Assembly (NCBI GenBank): GCA_020853015.1
Contig: JADYZQ010000027.1
Location: 1-39,663 of the forward strand
DNA from: Deltaproteobacteria bacterium
GTDB lineage: Bacteria > UBA10199 > DSSB01
Direction of reading: 5' to 3'
DNA length: 39,663 nt
Under the pieces are notes generated by a model. It did not search any database and was not told the DNA's origin. It saw only the letters and a list, made by a program, of their open reading frames with translations. Positions 8,961 through 19,314 of the stretch are shown one piece after another (the first letter of the stretch is position 1; the number at the start of each line of letters is the position of its first letter). The position numbers and the translations under genes are program-made.

Positions 8961-11900
8961 ATGACACCACCAGGGGCACCTCAGGGTAAGGGTGTATCCG
9001 GGAAACCCAGTCTTTCCTTGGAAGCCCTGCCAGAACTTTGCGTGACGGTTCCGACCCTTTTTCAAGGGCCCGGGGACCTCTCCGCCCCCGAATTGCAGCG
9101 TCCGCTCTTTTGGGCGGAACGTCACCACGGGGAGATGCTGCGCCAGGCCCTGACCCTGCCCCGTACTCCGCCGTTTTACCTTTCGGCCTTTTTCCGCAGC
9201 AGCCGGGATCCTTCCTCTCCCTATCTCATCAAGACGGATGTCTTTCCCCGACTTCCGGTCAAGGGGAACTTCCACGCCCTCAACTACGATTCCGAGGCCG
9301 CCCGCTACCGCCTGATCCACGAGCTTTCCCTCAATCTGCGCTCCGCGGAGGAGCAATTCGCCGACCTGAAACGCAAGCAGAAAGAGCTGAGCCGCTCCCT
9401 GGAAAAACTCACAGCCTGGGGGCTCAAGCCGGCCGAGTCCCGCGGCGAGTCCGAGGGGCGCGAGATCGAGGCCGAGAAGCGGAAGATCAAGAGGATCGCT
9501 CAGGAGATGCGCCAGATCCTCGACGGGCTCCAAGCCCCCGTCCAGGCATTGGAGCGCTGGGCCCTGCAGGACGGCAAGGACAAGGCGGTATCCCGGGAGG
9601 CGGCCTTGGACATCGTCTTCCAGCTCTATCGCGCCAACGAGTCGGTCTCGCGGGGCTATCCCGCGGCCGAGGTGGATCCCGCCTACGAGTTTTTGCGGCG
9701 CACCGACGCGCGGCGTTTTCAAACCTCCGTACCCGAAGGCCTCGGCTTCGGCGTCGCCGTCCTCGACTTGAACGTCACCGGCCCCAACGCCGTCAACCGC
9801 GACTTGGGCGAGATCGTCCTCGATCAGACCTACGAGGCCTTGAAGCAGCACTTCCAAGGCTCGGTGGTTTCCAAGGGAACCCGAACGAATTTCCGAGTCG
9901 TCAACCCCGAGGGAAAGCTGCTGACGCAGGAGGCCCTGCTCAAGCTGGAAGCGGACATCCACGGCCGCATCGCCAAGGCGGCCGAGGCCTCCGGAAACGA
10001 GGCCTGGAAGCGCTTCGTGGACAAATACCATGTGGGTCTGACCGCGGGCTACGCCGAGGTCCAATTCCGGCCCGAGGACGTCCGGGTCGGCTCCGGCGGA
10101 GTCTACGAAATGGAGAGCGTCAACGAGCTTTTGCAAAAGGTCGATCACGCCTTCCGTCTGGCCAATGCCCGAAGTCAGGAAATGACTCTAAGGCTGAAGG
10201 AAGAGGAGGCGCAAAAGGACTTAAGCAAGGCCGAGCGCCTGCACTACGGGCAGATCGCGATCTCGGACTTGAACGGCATTCCCGAGGGCCGCTACTTCGA
10301 GCCGGGCGAGGAGGGCGCCGCCAAGCGGGCGCCGGTGCGTCTCGTCCACAGCATTCGGGGCCTGCTGGAGGGGCTCAAGCCCGTTCGCACCTATTTAAAC
10401 AACGCCGAGCGCTTCGCGGAAGACCCGCTGGGCAAATCCGACCTGCTCAAGGACGTCTTGGTCGCCGACAAGGCATCTCCGGGCCTCCTCGAGGGCGTCG
10501 CGGAGCAATTTTATTCTGTCGCCTACGACGTCTCGCACGACCTGCGCATGCCGCGGTTGATCGAGCGCTCTTTCGCCGCCGAGCGCGTCGACACCGTGAT
10601 TCGCGAGACGGGCGGTGCGCATCTCATGTTCGTCGAGTTGGGGCAATTCTACAGCTTCGTGCGGTCCTGGTACGGCGGAAACGAGGACCGCTACGTCCAC
10701 GAATTGATTTACGAGTTCAACAAGGTGATGGTCCGGAAGGGCCTGGTGCAGATGCATCCCGCCAACCAGGCCTCCCTGCTCGACGAATCCAACCATATCG
10801 CCGTCGACCCGAAAACCGGCCAGTATTTCAAGCTGAACGGGCAGCATCACGACTCGGTGTCGGGGATTCGGATCCTGCCCGGCCACGGCACCGCCTTTCC
10901 CGTCGGCAGCGAGGTGGTGCTGGCGATGCGGGACGGCGACGAACTGGGCTTCATCGTCGGGGACAAGAAGGCCGACGGGACGCCGGTCACCCCGGAGGAC
11001 TTGAAGGACACCTTCCGGGAGTTCGAAAAGATCATTCAAAAAAATTACGGCCACATGTTCATCGACGACGTCGAGAAGGTCGGCGCCGACAAGGTGCGCA
11101 CCCCGAAATGGCAGCGCCTGATCTTCCAAAATGGCAGGGTCGGCAAGCACGTCATCGCCGAGAAGGGCATCCGTATGCAGGAGGCGGACGTCACCGCGGA
11201 CTTCACCGGCTGGGTCGTCGACTACGAGCCCGTCAAGGAAGGCGTGGGACCCGAGGTGCCGGAAAGCGAGCGCCCGGCCAAGGAGGCCTCCGACGCGGTG
11301 GTGGGCCGGAAGGCGCGCTGGCGATATTTCGAGAGCGGCGAGGTGACCAACAAGGTCTTCGCGGGCGAGACCTTCCACGTCTCCAACAAGGGCGGGACCT
11401 TGCCGGCCCTGACCTTTCCGAAGGAGCTTCAAGAGGCGGTTCCCGAGCTGCTGCGCGAGCCGATCCTCGCCAAATCGCAGACGCGGTTGAGCGCGGGCTT
11501 CGTCGGCGTCGACTTGCAAAGCGGGGCCCAGCTCGACCAGGCCTGGAAGGACGCCAACGATATTTCCAAAAAGTCCAAGGAGAAGGGCGGCGAGCCGATC
11601 TTTATCGAGGCGAAGCCCAGCGTGGGCCACAAGCCGGCGGGACACGAGTACGACAAGCGTATCTCCGGGCCCCGCAGCCTGGAGGCGGCGGAGTACTTCA
11701 AGGAGTACGCCAAGCCGGGCGAGCCGCCGGCCGGAAAACCGATGAGCGCGGAGTTGAAGTCCTTCGTGTCCAAGCACGGACACCAGCTGGCCCGGCTCAC
11801 CGACCCGATGAAGCCGAAGAGCTTCGAGCGACAGATCCTCCGCCTGGTGAAGGCGCGGGTCCAGGAGGCCGGGGCCCAGGAAAAGTTGAGCGCCGAGATC

Positions 11901-14114
11901 GAGGCCCAATTGAAAGAGGCGGGCGCCTTGGTGCGGGTCCGCGACGCGCTGGCGGCGACCCATCTTTTGAAACAGGAGGGGCTGAGTCTCGACTACCGAG
12001 GCATCGGCCCCGCGCTGTGGACGGCGTTGGCGGCGGGCGAGAAGTCCTTGGGCGAGGGCGAGGCGAGGGACCTGCTGCGCGAAAACAAGGCCGGCTTCGT
12101 CAAACGCTACATCCAACAGACCGGCGAAATGCCTCCCCAGGAAGTTCTCGCCGAGGCGCGGAAATTCATCGACCCCCGCTCGGTGTTCATCCCGGAGGAG
12201 ATCTTCTCCCTGGCGAAACAGTACCGCGTCGCCCCCGAGCGGGTGCCCTTCTTGGTCGCCGGCCTCAAGGCCGACGAGATCCGCCAGCTGGGCCAAGAGG
12301 CCTTCCGCGGGCTCAATTTCGAGGATTTGAAAAAGCTGGCCGACAGCCCGGAGGGGCAGGCCTTCCTGAAGAATCCCAAGAACGCGATGCTGCTCCAGGA
12401 CACCCTCTCCTCGCGGCTCGCCTTCCAAGGGGTGCCCTTGGCCACCTCGATGGCGACGATATTTCCCGCCGAGATGCTTTCCAAGTACCTGGCCGAAAAG
12501 GTCGGCGCCAAGCTGGGCATGGGCCGGGTCGAGGTCGAGGAGCTCAAGTTCGGGATGACCCTCTATTTCGTGCACTCCCTCAACATCACGGCCGGCGGTG
12601 CCTGGGAAGTGGTGATGAACCGGGCCGTCGCCGAGCGCGCCCTGGTCCGCACCAAGGGCGCGGAGGGCATGAAGTCGCTCGCGGAGGTCCTGAAGCACCG
12701 CGTGAACGGCGGCATTTTGCTGGGCAGCCGATTGGCGGGCCAAGAGGTGGTCAGCGTCGGCTTGAAGACGGGCGATTCGATCGGCAAGGCCGTCGGCGAA
12801 GGAATCCTGGAGAAGTGGGGCTGGCGGACCGCCGCGGATGGCTTTAGCTGGAAATTGGCCGGTTGGCAGATGCTTTCCGGCACGGCGCGCGTCCCCGTCA
12901 ACTTGCTGCGGACCATGGGGCCCGGCTACCTCTCGGCGACCCTGTTCGACCGCGGCGCCGGGATCTGGATGAAGCCCGACCACCCCGTGCGCAAGTGGGG
13001 TTCCTTCGTCGCCTTCTTCGGCCCCGACTTGGTGCGGCTGGCGCTCGGTTCTTCCCGGATCGCCGCTTCGCCGATCTTAAGCCGCGCCGGCACGCTCTTC
13101 ACCCGGGCCGGAAACGGCCTGCTTGCGGTGGCCATCTTCAATTACGGCGTGCGGCGCTTGGCCGTGGACGGCGACTACGAGGCCTGGGTCAACCGCCGCG
13201 TCACCGACGAGGTCTACGACCATAACGTCTACAATATCGGTTCCCAGCCTTGGTACCAGGTGCCCCTCTCCGGCATCCGCGCCGGCGCCCGCTGGCTGGC
13301 TCCCGACGCGATGGAGTGGGCGGTCGGCGAGGTCGATAACAAGGATATCCGCAAGCGGATCTTGGGCGAGGACTTGGCCAATTCCCGCCAGATCACGGAT
13401 GGCATGCAAGACTTGATCCCCAAGCTGATGGCCTTGCCCGTGTCCTTCCCGGTGAACGACGCGGCTTCCTATCTCCGTCTGGATTTCTCGGCATTGACGA
13501 AGCCGATCGAGCTGAACGCCAAGGAGCAGGAGTTGATGAAGAAGATGGGCGAGGCGAAAGGGGAGCTCCCCGAGAATGCCTTCGCCGGCTTGGGGCCGGA
13601 GGAAAAAGAGGCGAGCCTGCTGCGCATCCAAAATTACCAAATCCAGCAGGGCGCCCGGTACCTCCTCGCCGTCCGCCAGCCGGAGAACGAATGGGCCCGC
13701 AAGTTCTTCAACGACGACGGAACGCTGCAGCCGGGCAACGGAGAGGCCTTGCTCGAGCATCTCCTGCCCGCCAAGCCGGGCGAACCCGGAGCGGTCGAGA
13801 AGATACTCACCTCGCGCAAGGTGATGGTGGCCCTGGCCCTCTTCGACGGGCAGAAGACCTTCCGCGGCCACAATACGGAAGACTTGGGACGGCTCGCCGG
13901 GATCGTCGACGAGAACCGGAAATACGTTCTTTCCGCGCCCGTCTACGCGGGTCTGTCCCTCTACACCGTCCAGGCCCACGAGACGAAGGCCGAGCGCTCT
14001 TTGGAACGCGTCCAAGAGCTGGCCGGCAAGCTTCAGGTCGCTTATCTCAAGGCCGACGAGAAAGACCGCGCCAAGTACCTCGAGGCGCTTCGTTGCCTCG
14101 GCGTCGAGCCTTAG
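8961..14114 (+). CDS. Giant hypothetical protein (~1717 aa) with two degenerate GGDEF-like regions and a C-terminal hydrophobic region
   Basis: Long ORF with normal amino-acid composition, unlike the overlapping shadow frames. The start is uncertain (8922 or 8961). Motifs are described in the findings. Confidence 0.8.
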   Translation: MTPPGAPQGKGVSGKPSLSLEALPELCVTVPTLFQGPGDLSAPELQRPLFWAERHHGEMLRQALTLPRTPPFYLSAFFRSSRDPSSPYLIKTDVFPRLPVKGNFHALNYDSEAARYRLIHELSLNLRSAEEQFADLKRKQKELSRSLEKLTAWGLKPAESRGESEGREIEAEKRKIKRIAQEMRQILDGLQAPVQALERWALQDGKDKAVSREAALDIVFQLYRANESVSRGYPAAEVDPAYEFLRRTDARRFQTSVPEGLGFGVAVLDLNVTGPNAVNRDLGEIVLDQTYEALKQHFQGSVVSKGTRTNFRVVNPEGKLLTQEALLKLEADIHGRIAKAAEASGNEAWKRFVDKYHVGLTAGYAEVQFRPEDVRVGSGGVYEMESVNELLQKVDHAFRLANARSQEMTLRLKEEEAQKDLSKAERLHYGQIAISDLNGIPEGRYFEPGEEGAAKRAPVRLVHSIRGLLEGLKPVRTYLNNAERFAEDPLGKSDLLKDVLVADKASPGLLEGVAEQFYSVAYDVSHDLRMPRLIERSFAAERVDTVIRETGGAHLMFVELGQFYSFVRSWYGGNEDRYVHELIYEFNKVMVRKGLVQMHPANQASLLDESNHIAVDPKTGQYFKLNGQHHDSVSGIRILPGHGTAFPVGSEVVLAMRDGDELGFIVGDKKADGTPVTPEDLKDTFREFEKIIQKNYGHMFIDDVEKVGADKVRTPKWQRLIFQNGRVGKHVIAEKGIRMQEADVTADFTGWVVDYEPVKEGVGPEVPESERPAKEASDAVVGRKARWRYFESGEVTNKVFAGETFHVSNKGGTLPALTFPKELQEAVPELLREPILAKSQTRLSAGFVGVDLQSGAQLDQAWKDANDISKKSKEKGGEPIFIEAKPSVGHKPAGHEYDKRISGPRSLEAAEYFKEYAKPGEPPAGKPMSAELKSFVSKHGHQLARLTDPMKPKSFERQILRLVKARVQEAGAQEKLSAEIEAQLKEAGALVRVRDALAATHLLKQEGLSLDYRGIGPALWTALAAGEKSLGEGEARDLLRENKAGFVKRYIQQTGEMPPQEVLAEARKFIDPRSVFIPEEIFSLAKQYRVAPERVPFLVAGLKADEIRQLGQEAFRGLNFEDLKKLADSPEGQAFLKNPKNAMLLQDTLSSRLAFQGVPLATSMATIFPAEMLSKYLAEKVGAKLGMGRVEVEELKFGMTLYFVHSLNITAGGAWEVVMNRAVAERALVRTKGAEGMKSLAEVLKHRVNGGILLGSRLAGQEVVSVGLKTGDSIGKAVGEGILEKWGWRTAADGFSWKLAGWQMLSGTARVPVNLLRTMGPGYLSATLFDRGAGIWMKPDHPVRKWGSFVAFFGPDLVRLALGSSRIAASPILSRAGTLFTRAGNGLLAVAIFNYGVRRLAVDGDYEAWVNRRVTDEVYDHNVYNIGSQPWYQVPLSGIRAGARWLAPDAMEWAVGEVDNKDIRKRILGEDLANSRQITDGMQDLIPKLMALPVSFPVNDAASYLRLDFSALTKPIELNAKEQELMKKMGEAKGELPENAFAGLGPEEKEASLLRIQNYQIQQGARYLLAVRQPENEWARKFFNDDGTLQPGNGEALLEHLLPAKPGEPGAVEKILTSRKVMVALALFDGQKTFRGHNTEDLGRLAGIVDENRKYVLSAPVYAGLSLYTVQAHETKAERSLERVQELAGKLQVAYLKADEKDRAKYLEALRCLGVEP

Positions 14115-14202
14115 GATTTCCCGCCTTTTTCTCCCATCCTTCGATTTTAGGACGTCTCTTTGTCGCACCGTATCATCGCCCGGTTTTTACAGGGCTTTTC
14201 TC

Positions 14203-14230
14203 TTGACAGTCGGAGGCCCTTGAGTATGAT
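14203..14230 (+). promoter_or_regulatory. Sigma70-type promoter of the Rieske/cytochrome b operon
   Basis: TTGACA-16 bp-TATGAT about 125 nt upstream of the Rieske start. Confidence 0.7.
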
Positions 14231-14265
14231 GCGCGCGCCTGTTAAGAGCTAGGGTGAATCAAGCG

Positions 14266-14278
14266 TAATTGGTTGATT
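14266..14278 (-). promoter_or_regulatory. IHF-consensus site
   Basis: The minus strand reads AATCAA-CCAA-TTA, matching WATCAANNNNTTR in an AT-rich leader. Confidence 0.4.
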
Positions 14279-14354
14279 ATATTGAATTGTTTGGGGCGAT
14301 GTCCCCAGACTTGAAAGGCTGTGCGACGCAGCAGAACTCTTTGGGAAGGTCTCA

Positions 14355-14900
14355 ATGGCTGGAGAAGCGACGATACCGGGTAGCGAAAGGGTCGCCCCGA
14401 AAAAGGGCAAAGACAATCTCTGGACAAGAAGAAATTTTCTCGGCTTCGCCGGGTGGGCCGCCTTCGGCGCCTTCATGACGGCCCTCCTGCTTTCCTTCCT
14501 CCGTTTCCTTTACCCCCGCGTCCTCTTCGAGCCTTCGCCCATCGTCAAAGTCGGCCGTCCCGAGGAATACCTGATCGGGGAGGTCTCCGAAAAATACAAA
14601 GAGAGCAACCGTCTTTGGATGGTGCGCAACGACGAGGGCATATACGCCCTGTTGGCCATCTGCACTCACCTGGGCTGCACCCCGCGCTGGCTCGCCACCG
14701 AAAAGAAATTCAAGTGCCCCTGCCACGGCTCCGGCTTCAAGATGAACGGCGTCAACTTCGAAGGCCCCGCGCCGCGTCCCCTGGAGCGCGTGAAGATTTC
14801 CCTGGATCCCGACGGCCTCATCCTCGTCGACAAATCCAAGACGTACCGTTTCGAAAAAGGCGAGTGGGACGCCCCCGACGCCTTCCTGAAACTTTCTTAA
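14355..14900 (+). CDS. qcrA: Rieske [2Fe-2S] subunit of a Rieske/cytochrome b complex
   Basis: Tat motif TRRNFL plus TM helix; CTHLGC and CPCHGS boxes; GPAPRPL. Confidence 0.95.
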   Translation: MAGEATIPGSERVAPKKGKDNLWTRRNFLGFAGWAAFGAFMTALLLSFLRFLYPRVLFEPSPIVKVGRPEEYLIGEVSEKYKESNRLWMVRNDEGIYALLAICTHLGCTPRWLATEKKFKCPCHGSGFKMNGVNFEGPAPRPLERVKISLDPDGLILVDKSKTYRFEKGEWDAPDAFLKLS

Positions 14901-14947
14901 GCCTCTTGCGGCCGCGGCCCGCCGCCCCGAATTTTAGGTGAATCCAT

Positions 14948-15736
14948 ATGAAAGACAAAATTCAAGATATCCAAGAGACCATCGTCAAGAGCTCGGTATG
15001 GAAGTCGGTCTTCCGCCACGGTTACGCCGACACCCCCCGCAACCGAATCCTGATGGTCGCCAGCAACGTCTTCCTGCACCTGCATCCGTCCAAGCTGCGC
15101 CGCCACGGATTGACCCTGCGCTACACCTGGTGCGCCGGCGGGTTGACCTTCTTTTTCTTCCTCGTCACCGTAGTGACCGGCGTCCTGCTGATGTTCTATT
15201 ATCGCCCCGTCGCCGAGTACGCCTACAACGACATGAAATACCTTCAGTTCGACATCCCCTTCGGTATGGTCACCCGCAACATGCACCGCTGGGCCGCGCA
15301 TGCCATGGTCATCATGGTTATGCTGCACATGTTCCGCGTCTTCATGACGGGTTCTTACAAGCCGCCTCGCGAGTTCAACTGGGTGGTCGGTGTGCTCTTG
15401 CTGACGCTGACCTTGCTGCTCTCCTTCACCGGCTACCTCTTGCCCTGGGACCAGCTCTCCATCTGGGCGGTCACCGTCGGCACTAACATGGCCCGCGCGA
15501 CGCCTATGCTCGGAGCCGAGGGCCCTTTGGCCGAGCAGGTGGCGGCCTTGACCGGCGTGGCGACGCCGCGCTACGACGCCCGCAGCCTGCTGACCGCCGG
15601 CACCGTCGTCGGCGCGCCGACCCTCCTGCGCTTTTACGTCTTGCATTGCATCTTCATCCCGATCGTCGCGGCGCTGCTCATGATCGTGCATTTCTGGCGC
15701 GTGCGTAAGGACGGGGGCATTTCCGGACCGATGTAA
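14948..15736 (+). CDS. qcrB: Cytochrome b6-like N-terminal cytochrome b subunit
   Basis: [19 protein letters not shown]...[27 protein letters not shown] and RFYVLH motifs; YTWCAGG Cys at the heme ci position. Confidence 0.95.
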   Translation: MKDKIQDIQETIVKSSVWKSVFRHGYADTPRNRILMVASNVFLHLHPSKLRRHGLTLRYTWCAGGLTFFFFLVTVVTGVLLMFYYRPVAEYAYNDMKYLQFDIPFGMVTRNMHRWAAHAMVIMVMLHMFRVFMTGSYKPPREFNWVVGVLLLTLTLLLSFTGYLLPWDQLSIWAVTVGTNMARATPMLGAEGPLAEQVAALTGVATPRYDARSLLTAGTVVGAPTLLRFYVLHCIFIPIVAALLMIVHFWRVRKDGGISGPM

Positions 15737-15758
15737 GGCCGGCTTAAAGGATTCCACC

Positions 15759-16559
15759 ATGGCTGATATCAAGGACGCTTCGGAGATCCCCGAAGTCATC
15801 GACCCTAAAACCGACAAAGTGCATACCTGGCCGCACCTCGTTCGAATCGAGTTCATTTGCGGCCTGCTGGCCTTCATGGGTCTATTGGTCTGGTCGCTGG
15901 TGCTGGACGCGCCGCTCGAAGAGCCCGCGGACCCCACCAAGACGCCCAACCCCTCCAAGGCCCCCTGGTACTTCCTAGGCCTGCAGGAAATCCTGGTTTA
16001 TTTCGACCCCTGGATGGCCGGCGTCGTCCTGCCGTCCCTGATCATCGTCGGCCTGATGGTGATCCCCTATATCGACGTCAACCCGAAGGGAAACGGCTAC
16101 TATACCTGGAAAGAGCGCAAGTTCGCCGTCGCCAACTTCTGCTTCGGTTTCTTGATCCTTTGGGTCGCCTTGATCATCGTCGGCGTCTTCCTGCGCGGCC
16201 CGGGCTGGAACTTCTTCGCACCCTGGCAGGAGTGGGATTCGCACAAGGTCGTCGCCCTCACCAATATCGACCTCAACATTCTCTTGGCCGACTGGACCGG
16301 CCTCGACGCCCTGCGTAACCCCGTCGTCGCCGCGGTTTTCGGGATGGGCTTGGTCGGCGCCTACTACGCGATCATCCCGATCTACTGGAAGTTGAAGTCG
16401 AAGAAATCCAAGATTCTCCAGGAATTGGGGCCGGTCCGCTACGGCATCACGGCCTTCCTGTTTCTGACGATGATGGCGCTGCCGATCAAGATGATCCTGC
16501 GCTGGACCCTCAACATCAAATACATCGTCCAACTTCCCTGGATTAACTTGAATATTTAG
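15759..16559 (+). CDS. Subunit IV-like C-terminal cytochrome b subunit
   Basis: APLEEPADPTKTPNPSKAPWYFLGLQE (APWY in place of PEWY); several TM helices; directly follows the b6 gene. Confidence 0.9.
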   Translation: MADIKDASEIPEVIDPKTDKVHTWPHLVRIEFICGLLAFMGLLVWSLVLDAPLEEPADPTKTPNPSKAPWYFLGLQEILVYFDPWMAGVVLPSLIIVGLMVIPYIDVNPKGNGYYTWKERKFAVANFCFGFLILWVALIIVGVFLRGPGWNFFAPWQEWDSHKVVALTNIDLNILLADWTGLDALRNPVVAAVFGMGLVGAYYAIIPIYWKLKSKKSKILQELGPVRYGITAFLFLTMMALPIKMILRWTLNIKYIVQLPWINLNI

Positions 16560-16567
16560 GAGCCGGT

Positions 16568-19213
16568 ATGGCGCTTGCGGGCCGTGAGAAATCGTTCAGT
16601 TTTGTCTGGTTCTTGCTGGGAGGGGCCTTGATGGTCCTGACGGCCTGGTACGTCTACGACGAGGCCATCGGACGCCGCACCTGGAAGCAATACGCCGCCG
16701 AATGGACCCGGCTCGAGACCAAGCGCATCGAAGAAGAGATCGCCAAGGAGATGAAGGGCATCGATCCGAAGAAGCTCAAGCAGATCGAGCTGGAGCGGGA
16801 GCAGGCCCAACAGGCCCTGGAAAGCCAAGAATTCGCGGACCTGCAAGAAGAGCTCAAGCGCAAGCAGATCGAAATGGACGTCGCCAACCAGGACCTGCAA
16901 TTCGCCAAGGCCGACCACGACGAGCTTTTCTACCAGTGGAAGCACGCCCAGCACGAGGGCCAGGATTTTTCCGGCTACAAGAAGCGCTATGACGATCTGG
17001 ACGCCAAAATCAAGAAGCTGAACGAAGTCCAAGTCCAGAAGGAAGAGGCCTTCCTCGCCGTCCAAGAGAAGATCAACCAATTCAAAAACAAGCTCAAGGA
17101 TCTCGACGCCCAACAGGCGGCCCTCACCAAAAAAGTCGACGCCCTGCAGAAGCAGTTGAAAGGCGTCCAGGATCGCGGCGCCCCGATCGAGCAGTACGTG
17201 TTGGACGATCTCGGCAAGGCCGGCCCGGTCAATTGGGGCACCGTCGACCGCTGCACCAGCTGTCACATTCCGGTCCTCAAGCCAGGTTACGAGAAGCTCA
17301 AAGAGCCCTTCCGGACGCATTCCAACCTGAACGAGATCTTCAACAACCACCCCGTCGAAGATTACGGCTGCGTCACCTGCCACGGCGGGCAGGGGCGAGC
17401 CACGCAGATCAAGCATAAACCGATGGAAAAGGGGGACTACCCCCACGGCTTCGAGCACCACTGGAAAACCCCCTTGTTGCGTGGGGATTTCGTCCAGTCC
17501 AGCTGCAACAAGTGTCATGTCCAGCAGCTGAACCTCGACCTGGCGCCGGTCTACACCCAGGGCAAGCAGCTCTTCCTCGAATACGGCTGCATCAATTGCC
17601 ATACCGTCAAGGGGCTCGAGTGGGCTCCCAAGTCGGGCCCCGACTTGGCCAAGATCAAGGATAAGGTCTATCCCGAATGGTTCTTGGCTTGGGTGAAAAA
17701 GCCCACTGAATACCTGCCGCACACCAAGATGCCCCAGGTTCCTTGGAAGAACGACAAGGATCCGGTGCAGGCCCTGGCCTACATCCTCGACAAGAGTGAA
17801 CCCTTCAATTGGAAGTACGGCAAATTTCCCGGCGGCGACGCCGCCAAGGGCAAGGAGCTCTTCAACACGGTCGGTTGCTTCGCCTGCCACAACGTCGAGG
17901 GGCAGGGAGGCGGCTCCGGCCCGGCCCTGGATCGCATCGCCGAAAAAACCACCGGCGACTGGATTTACAACTGGATTCAAGACCCCAAGAATTGGTCCAA
18001 AGAACACCGCATGCCCAGCCTGCGCCTGACGCAGGGAGAGGCGCAGGACGTCACGGCTTACTTGGTTTCCAAGGGCAAAAAGCCCGACGAAGACGCTCAG
18101 CTGCGCATGGCCCTAGCCGATCCCGAGAACATCAAGGCCGGCTTCAACGTGATCAACACCTACGGCTGCTATGCCTGCCATACCATCAAAGGCTTCGAGA
18201 AGGCCTCCAATCCCTCCGTCGAGCTCACCAATTTCGCCCGCAAGGACGTCAGCGAATTGGCCTTCGGGGACGCCAAGATCCCCGAGACCTGGGAGGCCTG
18301 GACCGACGGCAAGCTGAAAAATCCCCAGATGTACGTCGACGAGCGCTCGGACAGCTTCATGCCCAAGCCCAACATCAACGACGAACAGCGCCACGCCTTG
18401 TTGGTCTTCCTGAAGGGGCAGGCCCCCGAGGTCCTGCCCAGCAAGTACATCGCCTACGACCCCGAGATCGAGAGGGGCCGCCGCCTGGTCGAAAAGTACA
18501 ATTGCAAGGCCTGCCACGTGATCGAGGGCCAGGGGCAGGAAGTGGCCCAATGGATCAAAGAGCCGAACTTCCTCCCGCCCAACCTGGCCTCGACCGGGGC
18601 GCGGCTGCAGACCGACTGGATGCACGGTTTTCTGCGTAATCCGGGAGATTTCCCCAAGGTCAGGCCCTGGCTGGACATCCGGATGCCGACCTTCCAGCTC
18701 TCCGAAGCCGAGCTGGAAGACCTGATCCGCTACTTCAAGAAGTACGACAAAGTCGAAGGCCTCTTCGAGGTCGTGGACCTCAAGGTCACGCCCGAGGAGA
18801 TCTCCGCCGCCCAGAGGCTGATGGGGCCGGAAAACTTCAACTGCTACAGCTGCCACATCGTGGGCAACAAGTTCCCCGAGGGAGGGCCGACGGTTTGGGC
18901 CCCCAACCTCGAGTACGTCCACGCGCGGATTCGGCCGCAATGGCTCAACAAGTGGATTCGCAATCCGGCGGATTTGGTGCCGGGCACCCGGATGCCGGGC
19001 TATTATCCCGAGCCGAACAGCGGGCCCAAGGACGTTTTGGGCGGCGACGACGAACGCCAGCTGAACGCCTTGGTCAACTACTTGATGACCCTGGGCAAGA
19101 AGAACGGGATCCTACAGGGCGAGACCGCCGCGCCGGCGACGCCGGAGACTCAGCCCTCCGTCCAGGGCGACAAAAAGCCGGCGCCGGCCGCCGACAAACA
19201 GGCGAAGCTCTAA
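16568..19213 (+). CDS. Membrane-anchored octaheme cytochrome c
   Basis: Eight CxxCH motifs (CTSCH, CVTCH, CNKCH, CINCH, CFACH, CYACH, CKACH, CYSCH); N-terminal TM helix and a long Lys/Glu/Gln-rich coiled coil. Confidence 0.93.
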   Translation: MALAGREKSFSFVWFLLGGALMVLTAWYVYDEAIGRRTWKQYAAEWTRLETKRIEEEIAKEMKGIDPKKLKQIELEREQAQQALESQEFADLQEELKRKQIEMDVANQDLQFAKADHDELFYQWKHAQHEGQDFSGYKKRYDDLDAKIKKLNEVQVQKEEAFLAVQEKINQFKNKLKDLDAQQAALTKKVDALQKQLKGVQDRGAPIEQYVLDDLGKAGPVNWGTVDRCTSCHIPVLKPGYEKLKEPFRTHSNLNEIFNNHPVEDYGCVTCHGGQGRATQIKHKPMEKGDYPHGFEHHWKTPLLRGDFVQSSCNKCHVQQLNLDLAPVYTQGKQLFLEYGCINCHTVKGLEWAPKSGPDLAKIKDKVYPEWFLAWVKKPTEYLPHTKMPQVPWKNDKDPVQALAYILDKSEPFNWKYGKFPGGDAAKGKELFNTVGCFACHNVEGQGGGSGPALDRIAEKTTGDWIYNWIQDPKNWSKEHRMPSLRLTQGEAQDVTAYLVSKGKKPDEDAQLRMALADPENIKAGFNVINTYGCYACHTIKGFEKASNPSVELTNFARKDVSELAFGDAKIPETWEAWTDGKLKNPQMYVDERSDSFMPKPNINDEQRHALLVFLKGQAPEVLPSKYIAYDPEIERGRRLVEKYNCKACHVIEGQGQEVAQWIKEPNFLPPNLASTGARLQTDWMHGFLRNPGDFPKVRPWLDIRMPTFQLSEAELEDLIRYFKKYDKVEGLFEVVDLKVTPEEISAAQRLMGPENFNCYSCHIVGNKFPEGGPTVWAPNLEYVHARIRPQWLNKWIRNPADLVPGTRMPGYYPEPNSGPKDVLGGDDERQLNALVNYLMTLGKKNGILQGETAAPATPETQPSVQGDKKPAPAADKQAKL

Positions 19214-19314
19214 ACTTGACTCGCCGAGTCGAGTTTTATAGAGCCGTGGGAGTCCGTGTACAAACCGCGGTTTGGTTGTGTTGACCTAATATTCTGAAAA
19301 TAAGGAGATAGGAG

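Noticed and set aside
9038-12847. 1269-aa alternative-frame ORF overlapping the giant protein
   Set aside because: Its Arg/Gly/Pro-rich composition is typical of a shadow frame in high-GC DNA, while the 8961 frame has normal composition and motifs.
14273-14286. FNR box (TTGAT-N4-ATCAA) upstream of the Rieske gene
   Set aside because: Only the left half matches (TTGAT-TATA-TTGAA); the IHF consensus fits better.
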